A stretch of DNA of 64,000 bases from Candidatus Eutrophobius brisbanensis (GCA_038131795.1 JAYPQE010000003.1:424773-488772); one strand, 5' to 3'. Numbered from the stretch's first letter, positions 18,349-29,083 are shown. Program-made: numbers and translations. The notes: a model not told the origin generated them from the letters alone.

Positions 18349-18413
18349 AAGGTGTCAAAAAAGGTGTTAGACTTAAGTCTCACACCTTTTTACACCTAAC
18401 CCCTAACGCCTTA
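18349..18413. terminator. Long imperfect inverted repeat between convergent genes (probable bidirectional terminator) plus heptamer repeats
   Basis: AGGTGTCAAAAAAGGTGTTAGACT-TA-AGTCTCACACCTTTTTACACCT, followed by AACCCCT AACGCCT abutting the ettA stop. Confidence 0.6.
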
Positions 18414-20075
18414 CTGAAGCTTTTTATACTTGATTCTGGTGGGAGTATCAGCATCCACTCCCAGGCGTTTTTTCCTATCTGCCTCATAATCGGCAAAGTT
18501 ACCCTCAAACCAGGTGACCTGCGCCTCACCTTCAAAGGCCAGGATGTGGGTGGCAATGCGGTCTAGGAACCAGCGATCATGGGAGATCACCACCGCACAG
18601 CCTGGAAATTCCAACAGGGCCTCTTCCAATGCCCGTAAGGTCTCTACATCCAGGTCATTGGTAGGTTCGTCAAGCAGCAAGACATTGCCGCCACTTTTAA
18701 GTAGCTTGGCAAGGTGCAGGCGATTACGTTCGCCACCTGAGAGTTCCCCCACCAGTTTTTGCTGGTCACTGCCTTTGAAATTCAAGCGGCCACAGTAGGC
18801 CCGGGAGGGGACTTCATAATTACCTACCGTGATCAGGTCCTGACCATCGGAAATTTCTTCCCAGACGTTCTTTTTCGGATCCAGATCATCCCGGAACTGG
18901 TCTACATAGGCGATGTCCACGGTCGAGCCTGTGGTAATGATGCCGGAATCGGGTTTTTCCGTATCCACAATCATCCTGAACAGTGTGGTCTTACCTGCTC
19001 CATTGGGGCCGATAATACCGACGATACCCCCGGGGGGAAGATTAAAACTCAGGTCTTCAATTAATAACCGTTTGCCAAAGCTTTTTGTTACCTTGTCGAA
19101 TTCCACCACCTGTTTTCCCAGTCTGGGGCCAGGGGGGATATAGATCTCACGGGTCTCATTACGCTTTTGGTAATCACTTGAAGAAAGCTCTTCAAAGCGT
19201 TGAATACGGGCCTTGGACTTTGCCTGCCGGCCTTTGGGATTGGCTCTGACCCATTCCAGTTCTTCCTTCATAGCCCGCATCCTGGCCGTCTCCTGTTTCT
19301 CTTCATGTTCCAGGCGTTTCTCTTTCTGTTCCAGCCAGGAAGAATAATTACCCTCCCAGGGAATACCGTGGCCGCGGTCCAGTTCCAGGATCCAGCCGGC
19401 AACATTATCGAGAAAATAGCGGTCATGGGTCACCGCAACCACGGTGCCTTCATAGTCATGGAGAAAGCGTTCCAGCCAAGCCACAGATTCGGCGTCCAGG
19501 TGGTTGGTGGGTTCGTCCAGTAACAGCATGTCGGGATTAGAAAGTAGTAACCGGCAAAGTGCCACCCGACGACGTTCTCCACCGGAGAGCTTGGTGACAT
19601 CCATGTCCCAGGCGGGCAGGCGCAGGGCATCGGCGGCGATCTCCAGTTTACGGTCCAGGTCCCAGGCATCGCAGGCGTCGAGCTTTTCCTGTAGCTTGCC
19701 CTGTTCTTCAATCAGGGCGTCAAAATCTGCACCTTCTTCACCAAAGGCGGCACTGACCTCATTAAACTTGTCCAGCAGGTCTTTCACTTCACGTACGCCG
19801 TCTTCCACATTGCCACGCACATCTTTCTCAGGGTCCAGTTCCGGTTCCTGTTTCAGGTAACCGATATTAATCCCGGCCAGGGGTTGGACCTCACCTTCAA
19901 TCTCGGTGTCTTCACCGGCCATAATCCTCAGCAGGGTTGATTTACCGGCTCCGTTTAGACCCAGGACGCCAATCTTTGCCCCGGGAAAGAATGATAATGA
20001 GATATCTTTAAGAATTTCCTTTTTGGGCGGGACGACCTTACCCACACCCAGCATGCTCATAATGTATTGCGCCAT
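18411..20075 (-). CDS. ettA: Energy-dependent translational throttle ABC-F protein EttA
   Basis: N-terminus MAQY...[23 protein letters not shown]; two ABC domains; linker [19 protein letters not shown]; 554 aa. Confidence 0.96.
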   Translation of the reverse strand: MAQYIMSMLGVGKVVPPKKEILKDISLSFFPGAKIGVLGLNGAGKSTLLRIMAGEDTEIEGEVQPLAGINIGYLKQEPELDPEKDVRGNVEDGVREVKDLLDKFNEVSAAFGEEGADFDALIEEQGKLQEKLDACDAWDLDRKLEIAADALRLPAWDMDVTKLSGGERRRVALCRLLLSNPDMLLLDEPTNHLDAESVAWLERFLHDYEGTVVAVTHDRYFLDNVAGWILELDRGHGIPWEGNYSSWLEQKEKRLEHEEKQETARMRAMKEELEWVRANPKGRQAKSKARIQRFEELSSSDYQKRNETREIYIPPGPRLGKQVVEFDKVTKSFGKRLLIEDLSFNLPPGGIVGIIGPNGAGKTTLFRMIVDTEKPDSGIITTGSTVDIAYVDQFRDDLDPKKNVWEEISDGQDLITVGNYEVPSRAYCGRLNFKGSDQQKLVGELSGGERNRLHLAKLLKSGGNVLLLDEPTNDLDVETLRALEEALLEFPGCAVVISHDRWFLDRIATHILAFEGEAQVTWFEGNFADYEADRKKRLGVDADTPTRIKYKKLQ

Positions 20076-20195
20076 TTAACTTCCTTTGTAACGGTTATTT
20101 GTATTCGTTAATTACTCTCGCGAGCCTAATAGCTGAAAACCCAACATAGATATCGTATAATATCAGCCACGCTATATGTTGGATCATCTCTCATA

Positions 20196-21491
20196 ATGCT
20201 ATCAATATTCAAACAGTCCCGTAAATATAAAAACATGACCATGATCTTTCTGGCAGGTTTGTTTTTTGCTTCCATGGTATATGGTCAGGATGCCACGTCA
20301 TTGTTTAATAATTACAGTGACCGTATATATCAGATCCGTATCATTGAAGAGGCAACAGGCAAGCAGGCGGCCATTGGTTCAGGTTTTCAGATCAGCCAGG
20401 ACGGCATGGTGGTCACCAATTATCATGTGGTCTCAGAATACACCCGCTACCCAGGCCGCTACCGTATCGAATATGCATCGCATAACGGTCTTACGGGCGA
20501 ACTCCAGCTAATCGATATTGATGTCATCAATGACCTTTCAATCCTTAAGAAAGATGATTTTCTGGGTAATTACCTGGAACTGGCAGATGGCCTGCCGCTG
20601 CAGGGAGAGGCCATCTATTCCCTGGGTAATCCCCATGACCTGGGATTGACCGTGGTTCCCGGCACGTATAATGGTATTGCCAGGTACAGCCTGTATAAGC
20701 GTATCCATTTTTCCGGTTCCATTAATCCGGGTATGAGTGGCGGCCCGGTCTTAAATGCCCAGGGTGAGGTGATTGGTGTCAATGTGTCCACTGCGGGAAA
20801 CCAGATCAGTTTCCTGGTGCCGCTGGAGAAACTGGCGAGGCTGGTGAATAAACCCCGAAGCGGACCGTTGGTGCTGGAGGAAATTAAATCCACCATTACC
20901 GATCAACTGTCCAATAATCAGGAAGAGGTGATCAGTAATTTATTGAATAGCGAATGGGTCACCTCTGAATTTAAAGGTGCCGATATCCCCAATGAGATTG
21001 CCGATTATATTCGTTGCTGGGGGTCCTCGGACAACAATCCGGATATTGCCTATAGAAATTTTATGAGTATCTGCAGCCAGGACGAATATATCTTTCTGGA
21101 CAGCGAGTTCACCACCGGGAACATTGTCTATCAGTTTAACTGGATAGAATCAGATGAGCTGAATGTATTCCAGTTTTATAACCTTTTTCAGGCGCAAATA
21201 GAAAATGTCTATCCCGATAACTATGCCGATAAAGATCATGTGAGTAATTTTGAATGCCATGAGGACTTTCATTCCAAGGATTCAGAATCTGGGGAAGTCA
21301 TTACCACCAAGGGAACCTTTTGTGCCAGGCGATATAATGAATACCCGGGGCTCTATGATGTGTTATATCTGGGGGCAGCCGTACACAATAACCACCAGGG
21401 ACTGGTCAGTCATTTTACCCTGGCCGGTGTGAGTATGGACATGGCCTTGCAGTTCACCAGTAAATTCCTGTCGAGTATCACATGGAACTAG
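20196..21491 (+). CDS. Exported trypsin-like (S1) serine protease with an uncharacterised Cys-containing C-terminal domain
   Basis: GSGF, VTNYHVV (His), NDLSIL (Asp) and NPGMSGGP (Ser); signal peptide; no PDZ domain recognised. Start codon uncertain. Confidence 0.85.
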   Translation: MLSIFKQSRKYKNMTMIFLAGLFFASMVYGQDATSLFNNYSDRIYQIRIIEEATGKQAAIGSGFQISQDGMVVTNYHVVSEYTRYPGRYRIEYASHNGLTGELQLIDIDVINDLSILKKDDFLGNYLELADGLPLQGEAIYSLGNPHDLGLTVVPGTYNGIARYSLYKRIHFSGSINPGMSGGPVLNAQGEVIGVNVSTAGNQISFLVPLEKLARLVNKPRSGPLVLEEIKSTITDQLSNNQEEVISNLLNSEWVTSEFKGADIPNEIADYIRCWGSSDNNPDIAYRNFMSICSQDEYIFLDSEFTTGNIVYQFNWIESDELNVFQFYNLFQAQIENVYPDNYADKDHVSNFECHEDFHSKDSESGEVITTKGTFCARRYNEYPGLYDVLYLGAAVHNNHQGLVSHFTLAGVSMDMALQFTSKFLSSITWN

Positions 21492-22438
21492 TCTTTAGAA
21501 TCAGTGAATCCCCCATCAGACCATCCACCTACCAGAAGGTGGAGGGCCATTCGCGGTTTCGCATTGGTCGGGCATTTGATAATGATCTGATATTGAATGA
21601 TCCTACCATCAGTCCGCATCATGCAGAAATCATAGTCGATGAGCAGGGTCAATTGTGGTTGACTGATCTGGATAGTCTCAATGGAAGTTATAAAGACAGG
21701 TCAAAGGTGACCGGTAAAGTAGCGTTACAGTCCGGGAGTGAATTGACGCTAGGCAAGACCACGATCCATCTGTTTACCCCGGATCATCCTGTGGAGTCAG
21801 CCATTCAGATTCAGCCGGCATCGATGATTACTAACTGGCTGGCCAATCCAATGATACTGGCAGGCTCAGTCATTCTGGTCGCACTGTTATATGGTATTGA
21901 GCAATGGTTGAATATGTTCCAGGAATTTAAATGGCAGGACATTATAAATATTGAGTTGATTATCTTTGGCAGTGCTTTAACAATTGTTATTTTCTGGTCG
22001 ATTTTGGGCAGAATCTTTAAACACGAGGCAAATTTTAATAGCCAGATGAAGGTGATATTAGTCTTTATCATCATTCAGTTCCTGTTTATGAAAATCATTG
22101 ATGTGATGTTATTTAATTCCCTGAATTCAACGTTTGCCATGGTGATGATGTTGAGCTTTGAATTTGTACTGGTGGCAGGTCTGTTATGGTTTAATTTGCA
22201 GTTGGCCACAAATCAGACATTCGAGCAGCGCCTTCGCACTTCGGTGGTGGTATCTGCGGCATTGATTGCACTATCAATTTATTCAGAAGTCATCAATCAA
22301 TCGGAATTCTCTGATTCACCGGAATATGTCAAATTATTACACCCTCCAGCCCTGAGGCTAACGGACGGGGTGGATGAAGAGCAGTTTGTAAGCGACATCT
22401 CTATTGTGTTCGAAAATCTACAAAACGATAGCAACTAA
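21482..22438 (+). CDS. FHA-domain integral membrane protein
   Basis: IGRAFDNDLIL.DP.ISPHHA and DLDSLNGS FHA motifs, followed by about five TM helices; overlaps the protease stop. Confidence 0.85.
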   Translation: MELVFRISESPIRPSTYQKVEGHSRFRIGRAFDNDLILNDPTISPHHAEIIVDEQGQLWLTDLDSLNGSYKDRSKVTGKVALQSGSELTLGKTTIHLFTPDHPVESAIQIQPASMITNWLANPMILAGSVILVALLYGIEQWLNMFQEFKWQDIINIELIIFGSALTIVIFWSILGRIFKHEANFNSQMKVILVFIIIQFLFMKIIDVMLFNSLNSTFAMVMMLSFEFVLVAGLLWFNLQLATNQTFEQRLRTSVVVSAALIALSIYSEVINQSEFSDSPEYVKLLHPPALRLTDGVDEEQFVSDISIVFENLQNDSN

Positions 22439-22456
22439 ATAAACAGGATTACGAGT

Positions 22457-23431
22457 ATGACTAAGGCAATGGTGATACATGAAACCGGTGGCCCGGAAGT
22501 AATGCAATGGGAAGATGTGGAAGTCGGAGAACCTGGTGTAGGTGAAATAAAATTGCGGCAAACGGTCGTAGGCTTCAACATGATAGATACCTACCGCCGT
22601 AAGGGACTCTATCCATGCCAGGTGCCGTTTATCACTGGAAGTGAGGCTGTGGGCATTGTTGAAATACTTGGCGAAGGCGTAACCGATTTTAATCCCGGCG
22701 ACCGGGTAGTCTATGCCATTGCGGATATAGGCGCCTATGCCCAGCAGCGTCTGATCAAAGCCGATCAACTGGTGAAGGTCCCTGATGACATTTCAGATGA
22801 GGTGGCCGCAGCGGCCTTTCTCAAAGGCATGACCGCCTGGTACCTGATTCATAAGACCTGGGCATTAAAGGCCAGTGACCGAACCCTGATCTATGCTGCT
22901 GCAGGCGGTGTGGGTACTATTTTATGTCAATGGGCCAGTCACCTGGGGGCAGATATCATTGGTGTTGTGGGATCAGATGAAAAGGCCGAGCTTGCAAAGC
23001 AATGCGGATGTCAGAAGGTGATTAATTATTCCAAAGAAGACATTGTCCCGGCAGTCATGGATCACACGAGTGGCAAAGGGGTGGATGTGGTCTATGATTC
23101 TATCGGTGCCGATACCTTTCAGGCATCACTGGATTGCCTCCGTCCCAGGGGTTTGATGGTGACCTATGGAAATGCCACCGGGGCAGTGCCTCCGGTTAAT
23201 GTCCTGGAATTAATGCAAAAGGGTTCCCTGTTTCTGACCAGGCCCACCCTGGCGCATTATGCTAATAACCGGGATGAATTACTGAGTGGGGCCAAAAAAT
23301 TATTTGCAGCAATACGTTCCGGTATTATAAATATTGAGATAAATCAGAAATTTGATCTGCAGGATGCTGCAAACGCTCATCGGCTGGTTGAATCTAAAAA
23401 GACCACAGGATCAACAATATTGCGCTGTTAA
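22457..23431 (+). CDS. qor: NADPH:quinone oxidoreductase (zeta-crystallin type)
   Basis: GGPEVM, GFNMIDTY.RKGLY, AAAGGVG, VVYDSIG and KGSLFLTRPTL. Confidence 0.92.
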   Translation: MTKAMVIHETGGPEVMQWEDVEVGEPGVGEIKLRQTVVGFNMIDTYRRKGLYPCQVPFITGSEAVGIVEILGEGVTDFNPGDRVVYAIADIGAYAQQRLIKADQLVKVPDDISDEVAAAAFLKGMTAWYLIHKTWALKASDRTLIYAAAGGVGTILCQWASHLGADIIGVVGSDEKAELAKQCGCQKVINYSKEDIVPAVMDHTSGKGVDVVYDSIGADTFQASLDCLRPRGLMVTYGNATGAVPPVNVLELMQKGSLFLTRPTLAHYANNRDELLSGAKKLFAAIRSGIINIEINQKFDLQDAANAHRLVESKKTTGSTILRC

Positions 23432-23432
23432 T

Positions 23433-23939
23433 ATGGGGAACAACAACGATCAGTTTAATATCCTGTTTGTCTGTATGGGCAATATCTGTCGGTCCCCGGC
23501 GGCCGAAGGTGTTTTCAGATCATACGTCACACAGCAAGGTCACGATAGCTCTATAAAGATTGATTCAGCCGGGACCCTGGGGTATCACACCGGTGAATTA
23601 CCTGATCAACGAATGCGCGCGGCTGCCAGTCGCCGGGGTTATAACCTGGAATCAAGGGCCAGGCAGGTCAATAGACAGGACATAAGTGATTTCAATCTGA
23701 TCGTTGCCATGGATCATGATAACTATTTTTATCTCACCGGCCTTGCAGGGGACTCGGTTGAACATATAAAGTTACTGGGGCATTTTCTGGCAGCTGATGC
23801 GATACCGGTGGATGATGTTATACCGGTACCGGATCCCTACTATGGCGGTGATGCGGGATTTGAAAACGTCCTGGATATGATCGAATCTGCCTGCCAGCCC
23901 ATGCTGGAATATTGTCTGGAAAACCAAACAAAAAAATAG
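23433..23939 (+). CDS. Low-molecular-weight protein-tyrosine phosphatase
   Basis: P-loop VCMGNICRSPAAE, DSAGT and VPDPYYG; start moved to ATG 23433, just after the qor stop. Confidence 0.92.
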   Translation: MGNNNDQFNILFVCMGNICRSPAAEGVFRSYVTQQGHDSSIKIDSAGTLGYHTGELPDQRMRAAASRRGYNLESRARQVNRQDISDFNLIVAMDHDNYFYLTGLAGDSVEHIKLLGHFLAADAIPVDDVIPVPDPYYGGDAGFENVLDMIESACQPMLEYCLENQTKK

Positions 23940-23941
23940 AC

Positions 23942-24817
23942 GTGAGCAGCCAAAAGGAAATCGAACAGGCCATCACCGAGGCCACCGGTGAGAAAGCCAG
24001 AATTGTTGATTTTCGCACCACGGGTGGCGGCTGTATCAATAACAGTCGAATTGCCACCCTCAAAGATGGTAGAGAATTTTTTATCAAATCTTCACCGGGT
24101 GGTGAACACTATCCAGGGATGTTTGTGGCTGAATATAATGGCCTGCGGTTAATGGCTACCACCAACACGGTACGTGTTCCTGGCCCCGTTGCTTATAATA
24201 ACCACTATATTGTCCTTGAAGTCTTTACTGAATGTGCGCAGTCAAATGAATGGTTGGAGATGCTGGGCCGTCAGCTGGCAGAGATGCATCTGGCGACCAG
24301 GCAATCACAGTTTGGATTTGAAACAGATAATTATATCGGCAGTACCCCACAGCCCAATACCTGGATGGACAACTGGCTCGCATTCTGGCGCGATCAACGC
24401 ATAGGTTGGCAGCTGGAATTATTGAGCGGAAAACTAGCGGCAGATGATACTATTTTTAGCCTGGGTGATCGACTGCTGGCAAAAATGGATGACTTTCTGG
24501 GGGGGGTAGATGAGACAGCCGTATTACTGCATGGTGATCTCTGGTCTGGCAATGCCGCTGCAATCGATTCAGGTGTTCCCATCATTTATGACCCCGCTTG
24601 TTATTATGGTCATAGAGAAGCGGAGCTGGGAATCATGCGAATGTTTGGTGGGTTTGGTCCCCGCTGTGAAGATGCCTATCATGAAATCTGGCCATGGGAG
24701 AAAGACAAAGAAGATCGTGTCCCCCTGTATCGTCTATACCATGAACTGAACCACTTGAATTTATTTGGCCGGTCTTACTATCAGGCCTGTATCGATACTA
24801 TGAATCAGGTCCTGTAG
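23942..24817 (+). CDS. Fructosamine/ribulosamine 3-kinase family protein
   Basis: GGGCIN, FFIK, FGFETDNYIGSTPQPN, LLHGDLWSGN, YDPACYYGHREAEL and LNHLNLFG; GTG start at 23942 inferred. Confidence 0.92.
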   Translation: MSSQKEIEQAITEATGEKARIVDFRTTGGGCINNSRIATLKDGREFFIKSSPGGEHYPGMFVAEYNGLRLMATTNTVRVPGPVAYNNHYIVLEVFTECAQSNEWLEMLGRQLAEMHLATRQSQFGFETDNYIGSTPQPNTWMDNWLAFWRDQRIGWQLELLSGKLAADDTIFSLGDRLLAKMDDFLGGVDETAVLLHGDLWSGNAAAIDSGVPIIYDPACYYGHREAELGIMRMFGGFGPRCEDAYHEIWPWEKDKEDRVPLYRLYHELNHLNLFGRSYYQACIDTMNQVL

Positions 24818-24888
24818 TATCGTCCTCACAATAAGGATAAATACTAATAGATAATCTTATAGAATCTCCCGCCGAGGGTATTGCTGCC

Positions 24889-25734
24889 TTGATAAAACCA
24901 GTGGAGAAAGACCTGGGTAGTTTTTCTGTGCGTCGCTATATACCGCATTTTAAACAGAAAAAAGTTGGCCCTTTTGTGTTCTTTGACCATATGGGTCCGG
25001 CAGAGTTTGAGCCTGGTAATGGAATTGACGTAAGACCCCATCCCCATATTGGTCTGTCGACTGTTACGTATCTTTTTGAAGGCGAGATTCATCACCGGGA
25101 TAGCCTGGGTTATGTACAGACTATTACAACGGGTGCGGTTAACTGGATGACGGCAGGCAAGGGCATTGTCCATTCTGAGCGCACCGGAGATGAATATCGT
25201 GCCAATGGACATCGTCTGCATGGCTTGCAGGTGTGGGTGGGACTCCCGGAGGAACATGAAGAGACCGAACCGGAATTCGTTCACTACGACAGTGAGGCAA
25301 TACCACAGTTAGAGCATAATGGGGTAAAGATAAGTGTTGTTATTGGATCTGCGTTTGGCGAGACATCGCCGGTTTCAACACATTCCCCACTATTTTACCT
25401 GGATGTACACATGCCTGCGGGGACAAGCCTTGACTTGCCGGATGATTATAAAGAACGCGGTATACATGTGATTGAAGGGCCCGTCAGTGTGAATGACTAC
25501 CAGGTAGACCCACTGGAAATGGCCATATGCAAGGCTGACGATGCGATAAACGTAACTGCCAATACCGATGCCAGGCTGATTTTGTTCGGTGGAGCGCCGC
25601 TGTCCGAACGGTATATGTGGTGGAATTTTGTGTCCAGTAAGCGCGAGCGCATAGAACTGGCAAAACAGGGCTGGAAAGAGGGTGAGTTTGATAACGTCCC
25701 GGGTGAAACTGAGTTCATTCCATTACCGGAATAA
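24889..25734 (+). CDS. Pirin family protein
   Basis: GPFVFFDHMG, PHPHIGL.TVTYLFEG, HRDSLG, NWMTAG.GIVHSE and WWNFVSS. Start codon uncertain. Confidence 0.92.
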   Translation: MIKPVEKDLGSFSVRRYIPHFKQKKVGPFVFFDHMGPAEFEPGNGIDVRPHPHIGLSTVTYLFEGEIHHRDSLGYVQTITTGAVNWMTAGKGIVHSERTGDEYRANGHRLHGLQVWVGLPEEHEETEPEFVHYDSEAIPQLEHNGVKISVVIGSAFGETSPVSTHSPLFYLDVHMPAGTSLDLPDDYKERGIHVIEGPVSVNDYQVDPLEMAICKADDAINVTANTDARLILFGGAPLSERYMWWNFVSSKRERIELAKQGWKEGEFDNVPGETEFIPLPE

Positions 25735-25769
25735 ACATGATCGCCCCCGGCGTTGTTTAAGATAAAGGA

Positions 25770-25979
25770 TTAGTCCCAGTCGTTATAATCTTCTATCTGC
25801 TGTCTAAGCTTTTTATCTTCCAGAAGGTCTTCAATCCTTCTTCTTGCTGTTAAGCTTGATAATACATCATCGTTACTGCGTGTTTCGATGGATTCCAATA
25901 GACTATCAATGTCATTTCCATCGTCTATATCGTCCATGATGTCGTCCATGTCATCATCGTTATCCTGCCTTGCTGCCAT
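25770..25979 (-). CDS. Small acidic protein, PA3496-like
   Basis: Strong SD GGGAGG; Asp-rich N-terminus; C-terminal ARRRIEDLLEDKKLRQQIED resembles the PA3496 family as I recall it. Confidence 0.65.
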   Translation of the reverse strand: MAARQDNDDDMDDIMDDIDDGNDIDSLLESIETRSNDDVLSSLTARRRIEDLLEDKKLRQQIEDYNDWD

Positions 25980-26083
25980 ATAACCTCCCTTAAGGGTTAA
26001 CTCGCCAACATTTGCGAGAAGGTGTTTACGATAGTACTACTTAGTTCTTGCCTGGTAGGAAAAATAGTTCCTGTGGCGAGCAA

Positions 26084-26112
26084 AATATGCCAACGGATTG
26101 AAACCTTGTCAA
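26084..26112 (-). promoter_or_regulatory. Sigma70-type promoter for the small acidic protein gene
   Basis: Minus strand TTGACA-N17-CATATT with TG at the extended -10 position, about 105 nt upstream of the ATG. Confidence 0.6.
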
Positions 26113-26221
26113 TGAATTTTATCTAATGATTTTGGCTGTCAAAAAATGATAAAAAAAGCTGTTAAAAAATACGAATTCAATCAACCATGAACGGCTTGAA
26201 GATAATGTACAAGCTGATGGT

Positions 26222-29083
26222 TTATGTGGCGATGAGCAATCTTACGCCGTCCAGTCTGGGCGTGATTGATTCAAAAACCGAGGTGATTTTATCCTCCTGG
26301 TTTTTCATAAAATCGATTTCAATCTGGCGGATGTTGGGATTTACCCTGGAAAGGTCTTTCAGTCTCTCCAGTTCCGTGTGTATATGCCGGTAGGTTGTTT
26401 CTTTTGTATGCTTGATCATGTCCGGCATCATGTTATCGGCCATATTTTTGGACATATCCAGCAATCGCCTGATGGACGACTGTTTCATAGTGACAATGGT
26501 TTCTATGGTGACCTTATCAATATATGATTTAGTAGATTCGATTAGTTGATGTGGTAATTGGGTCCCATAGTCGTGCCCATCTTCATCAATAATCAAACGT
26601 AAGACCTGCGGCGGGATAAGATTTCGTAACACAAACTCCTGATCAGGGCTGATTTGCAGTATATATAGACATTCAAGTAATAGTGTGCCGGGTATGATAC
26701 CCCCGGCACTGAAACTGATGGCAGTCGCATTGCCTTTTTCATAGCTAAGAGCCAGGTCAAGGGCACCTGTGACCATAGGGTGGGTCCAGCCCAGGTAGTG
26801 CCAGTTTTCATGGACCAGGGCGGTTTGTCTGTCAAAGGTAATGGTCATGCCTTCGTCAGGAAGTTGAGGAAAAGCCGTTACCATGTCTTCACCTGGTCTC
26901 AGTATTAATGCGAATTCACTGTGATCTTCAGAATCAATGCCAAAGCAATTAAAAGCTGATTCCATTAACTGCTGAAGTAAATCAGATTGATCAGTAAATT
27001 GGGCCTGTTGTTGAAGGGTATTAGCCTGTACTGGTGGACATGAATTGTATTCCAGTAAACGGTCTCTGCCGTTTTCCAGGTCTTTCAGCAAACTTTTATT
27101 CATCCTATTAGTATGGTTAATTAACTCATCTGCACAGGCATCCGGCTGTTTTAATATATCGATGAGTGATGGATTTATTTGATGGTAGATTTCCTGGCCG
27201 GTCTGACAGGGGGCGAGAAAGGCCCCCAGTCCATCCCGATACCACCTAAGTAAGGTCTCCTGTGCGCTGGATGCAATATAGGGGACAAGGATCTTGACCG
27301 GGTGTTTTTGGCCTATACGATCCAGTCGGCCAATGCGCTGTTCAAGCAGGTCTGGGAGTAGCGGCAGGTCAAACAGGACCAGGTGATGGGCAAATTGAAA
27401 GTTCCTGCCTTCACTGCCTATTTCTGAACAGATCATCATGCGTGTTCCGGACTCGGGATCAGCAAAATATTCTGCTGCCCGGTCGCGTTCCAGGATAGAC
27501 ATGGATTCATGAAAGACAGCGGGGTAAATGCCGTGTCGGGTTTTGAGATATTCGCTAAGTTCCAGTACGGATTGCCTGGCGTGGGTAATGACCAGGAGTT
27601 TTTCCGGTTTGAGTTCTTCATAGATCTTAATTAGCCACTCGACACGGGGATCCACCACGGTCCAGTGTGGCCCGCCCTTGTGCTCATATGCCAGTTCCAG
27701 TGAAGACAGGTGCTGATGATCTGTGTCAATGGTTAACTCCAGGCCTATATAGGCATCAGGTTTGGCAAGGGGGTAGGTCAATAATTGTCTTTCTGGAAAC
27801 CCCTTGATGGTACTGCGGGTATTTCTGAACAGGACCCTGCCGGTACCATGAATATCCAGCAGATAATGGACCAGGGCGTCCCTTCGTTCAGGGTTTAGAG
27901 ATAACTGAGAACCGTCCTGGGGAATAAAACGTGACAGGTCTGTACCCAGTGCCGTTGCCAGTTGAGCTATTATGTTTGTGGCTGGCCGGGCCTGTTCGAA
28001 TAGTGCCTTGACTGATTTTGCAATGGGTTCGTATTGCTTTTCCTCTTTGATGAAGGTGTCAAAGTCATGAAACCGATCAGGGTCAAGCAATCTCAGCCTG
28101 GCAAAATGGCCTGCTTTGCCCAGTTGTTCAGGTGTTGCTGTCAGTAACAGAACCCCGGCAGTAATCTTTGCCAACGCTTCAATGGTCAAATAGGCAGGGC
28201 TGGCTGTTTCAGGTGTCCAGTTCAGATGATGGGCTTCATCAACCACCAGCATGTCCCAGCCCGCAGCGAGAATATCTATTTTAAATGGATTATTTTCAGT
28301 CAAGGTGTTGAGACCACACAGTACCAGTTGTTCATCAAGCAGGGGGTTATCTGTCTCAGAGATTTTTGTATCAGCATGTCGCTGGGCATCATACAGGCTG
28401 AAACGCAGGTTAAATCGACGCAGCATTTCCACCAGCCACTGATGTAACAGGTTGTCAGGTACAACAATAAGTACCCGTTTGATTTGTTCATTATGTAGTT
28501 GCTGGTGAATGATTAGGCCAGCTTCAATGGTTTTACCCAGGCCGACTTCATCGGCCAACAGGACCCTGGGCGCATAGCGGTTACTGATTTCCCGGGCTAT
28601 ATAAAGCTGATGAGGGATCAGATCTACACGGCAGCCGGTAATGGTGGCAACAGGGTGCCGATGCATAAAATTTAATGCCGACAATGCGAGGTGGCGAAGA
28701 TGAAACCATTTGCTTTCATCCACCAGACCTGCCAACAAGCGTTCAGCAGGACCATACATCACCTGTTTTGCATCAATATCAATCTCATGGATGCTGGCTG
28801 GTGTATTGTTTATATCTTTGCCGTGATAGCAATACAGACCCGCCTCATCCTGTTCAAGATGGGCAATAATGAGTTCTGCTCCATTGCGGTGCCTGATGTT
28901 ATCTCCTGGTTTATATAATACCCTGGAGAGAGGTGCTGACTGGCTTGAATACGTCCGGGTTTCACCGGTGGCAGTAAACAGTAAGGTCACTCGCCGATTT
29001 TCGCTGGTTATGACTGTTCCCAGGCCCAGTTGCAGTTCTGCATGATTGACCCAGCGCTGTCCCGGTACAAATTGATCAGCCAA
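26222..29083 (-). CDS. rapA: RNA polymerase-associated protein RapA (SNF2 family)
   Basis: FVPGQRW...LGLG, LLADEVGLGKTIEAG, VVDEAHH, LLLTATPEQLG, CSEIGSEGRNFQ and LEQRIGRLDRIGQ. Confidence 0.95.
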   Translation of the reverse strand: MADQFVPGQRWVNHAELQLGLGTVITSENRRVTLLFTATGETRTYSSQSAPLSRVLYKPGDNIRHRNGAELIIAHLEQDEAGLYCYHGKDINNTPASIHEIDIDAKQVMYGPAERLLAGLVDESKWFHLRHLALSALNFMHRHPVATITGCRVDLIPHQLYIAREISNRYAPRVLLADEVGLGKTIEAGLIIHQQLHNEQIKRVLIVVPDNLLHQWLVEMLRRFNLRFSLYDAQRHADTKISETDNPLLDEQLVLCGLNTLTENNPFKIDILAAGWDMLVVDEAHHLNWTPETASPAYLTIEALAKITAGVLLLTATPEQLGKAGHFARLRLLDPDRFHDFDTFIKEEKQYEPIAKSVKALFEQARPATNIIAQLATALGTDLSRFIPQDGSQLSLNPERRDALVHYLLDIHGTGRVLFRNTRSTIKGFPERQLLTYPLAKPDAYIGLELTIDTDHQHLSSLELAYEHKGGPHWTVVDPRVEWLIKIYEELKPEKLLVITHARQSVLELSEYLKTRHGIYPAVFHESMSILERDRAAEYFADPESGTRMMICSEIGSEGRNFQFAHHLVLFDLPLLPDLLEQRIGRLDRIGQKHPVKILVPYIASSAQETLLRWYRDGLGAFLAPCQTGQEIYHQINPSLIDILKQPDACADELINHTNRMNKSLLKDLENGRDRLLEYNSCPPVQANTLQQQAQFTDQSDLLQQLMESAFNCFGIDSEDHSEFALILRPGEDMVTAFPQLPDEGMTITFDRQTALVHENWHYLGWTHPMVTGALDLALSYEKGNATAISFSAGGIIPGTLLLECLYILQISPDQEFVLRNLIPPQVLRLIIDEDGHDYGTQLPHQLIESTKSYIDKVTIETIVTMKQSSIRRLLDMSKNMADNMMPDMIKHTKETTYRHIHTELERLKDLSRVNPNIRQIEIDFMKNQEDKITSVFESITPRLDGVRLLIAT

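Noticed and set aside
24833-24891. Possible non-canonical ATA start for pirin (frame open back to 24841, AAGGA upstream)
   Set aside because: The TTG at 24889 also has a plausible SD (GAGGG), so the start cannot be decided from sequence alone.
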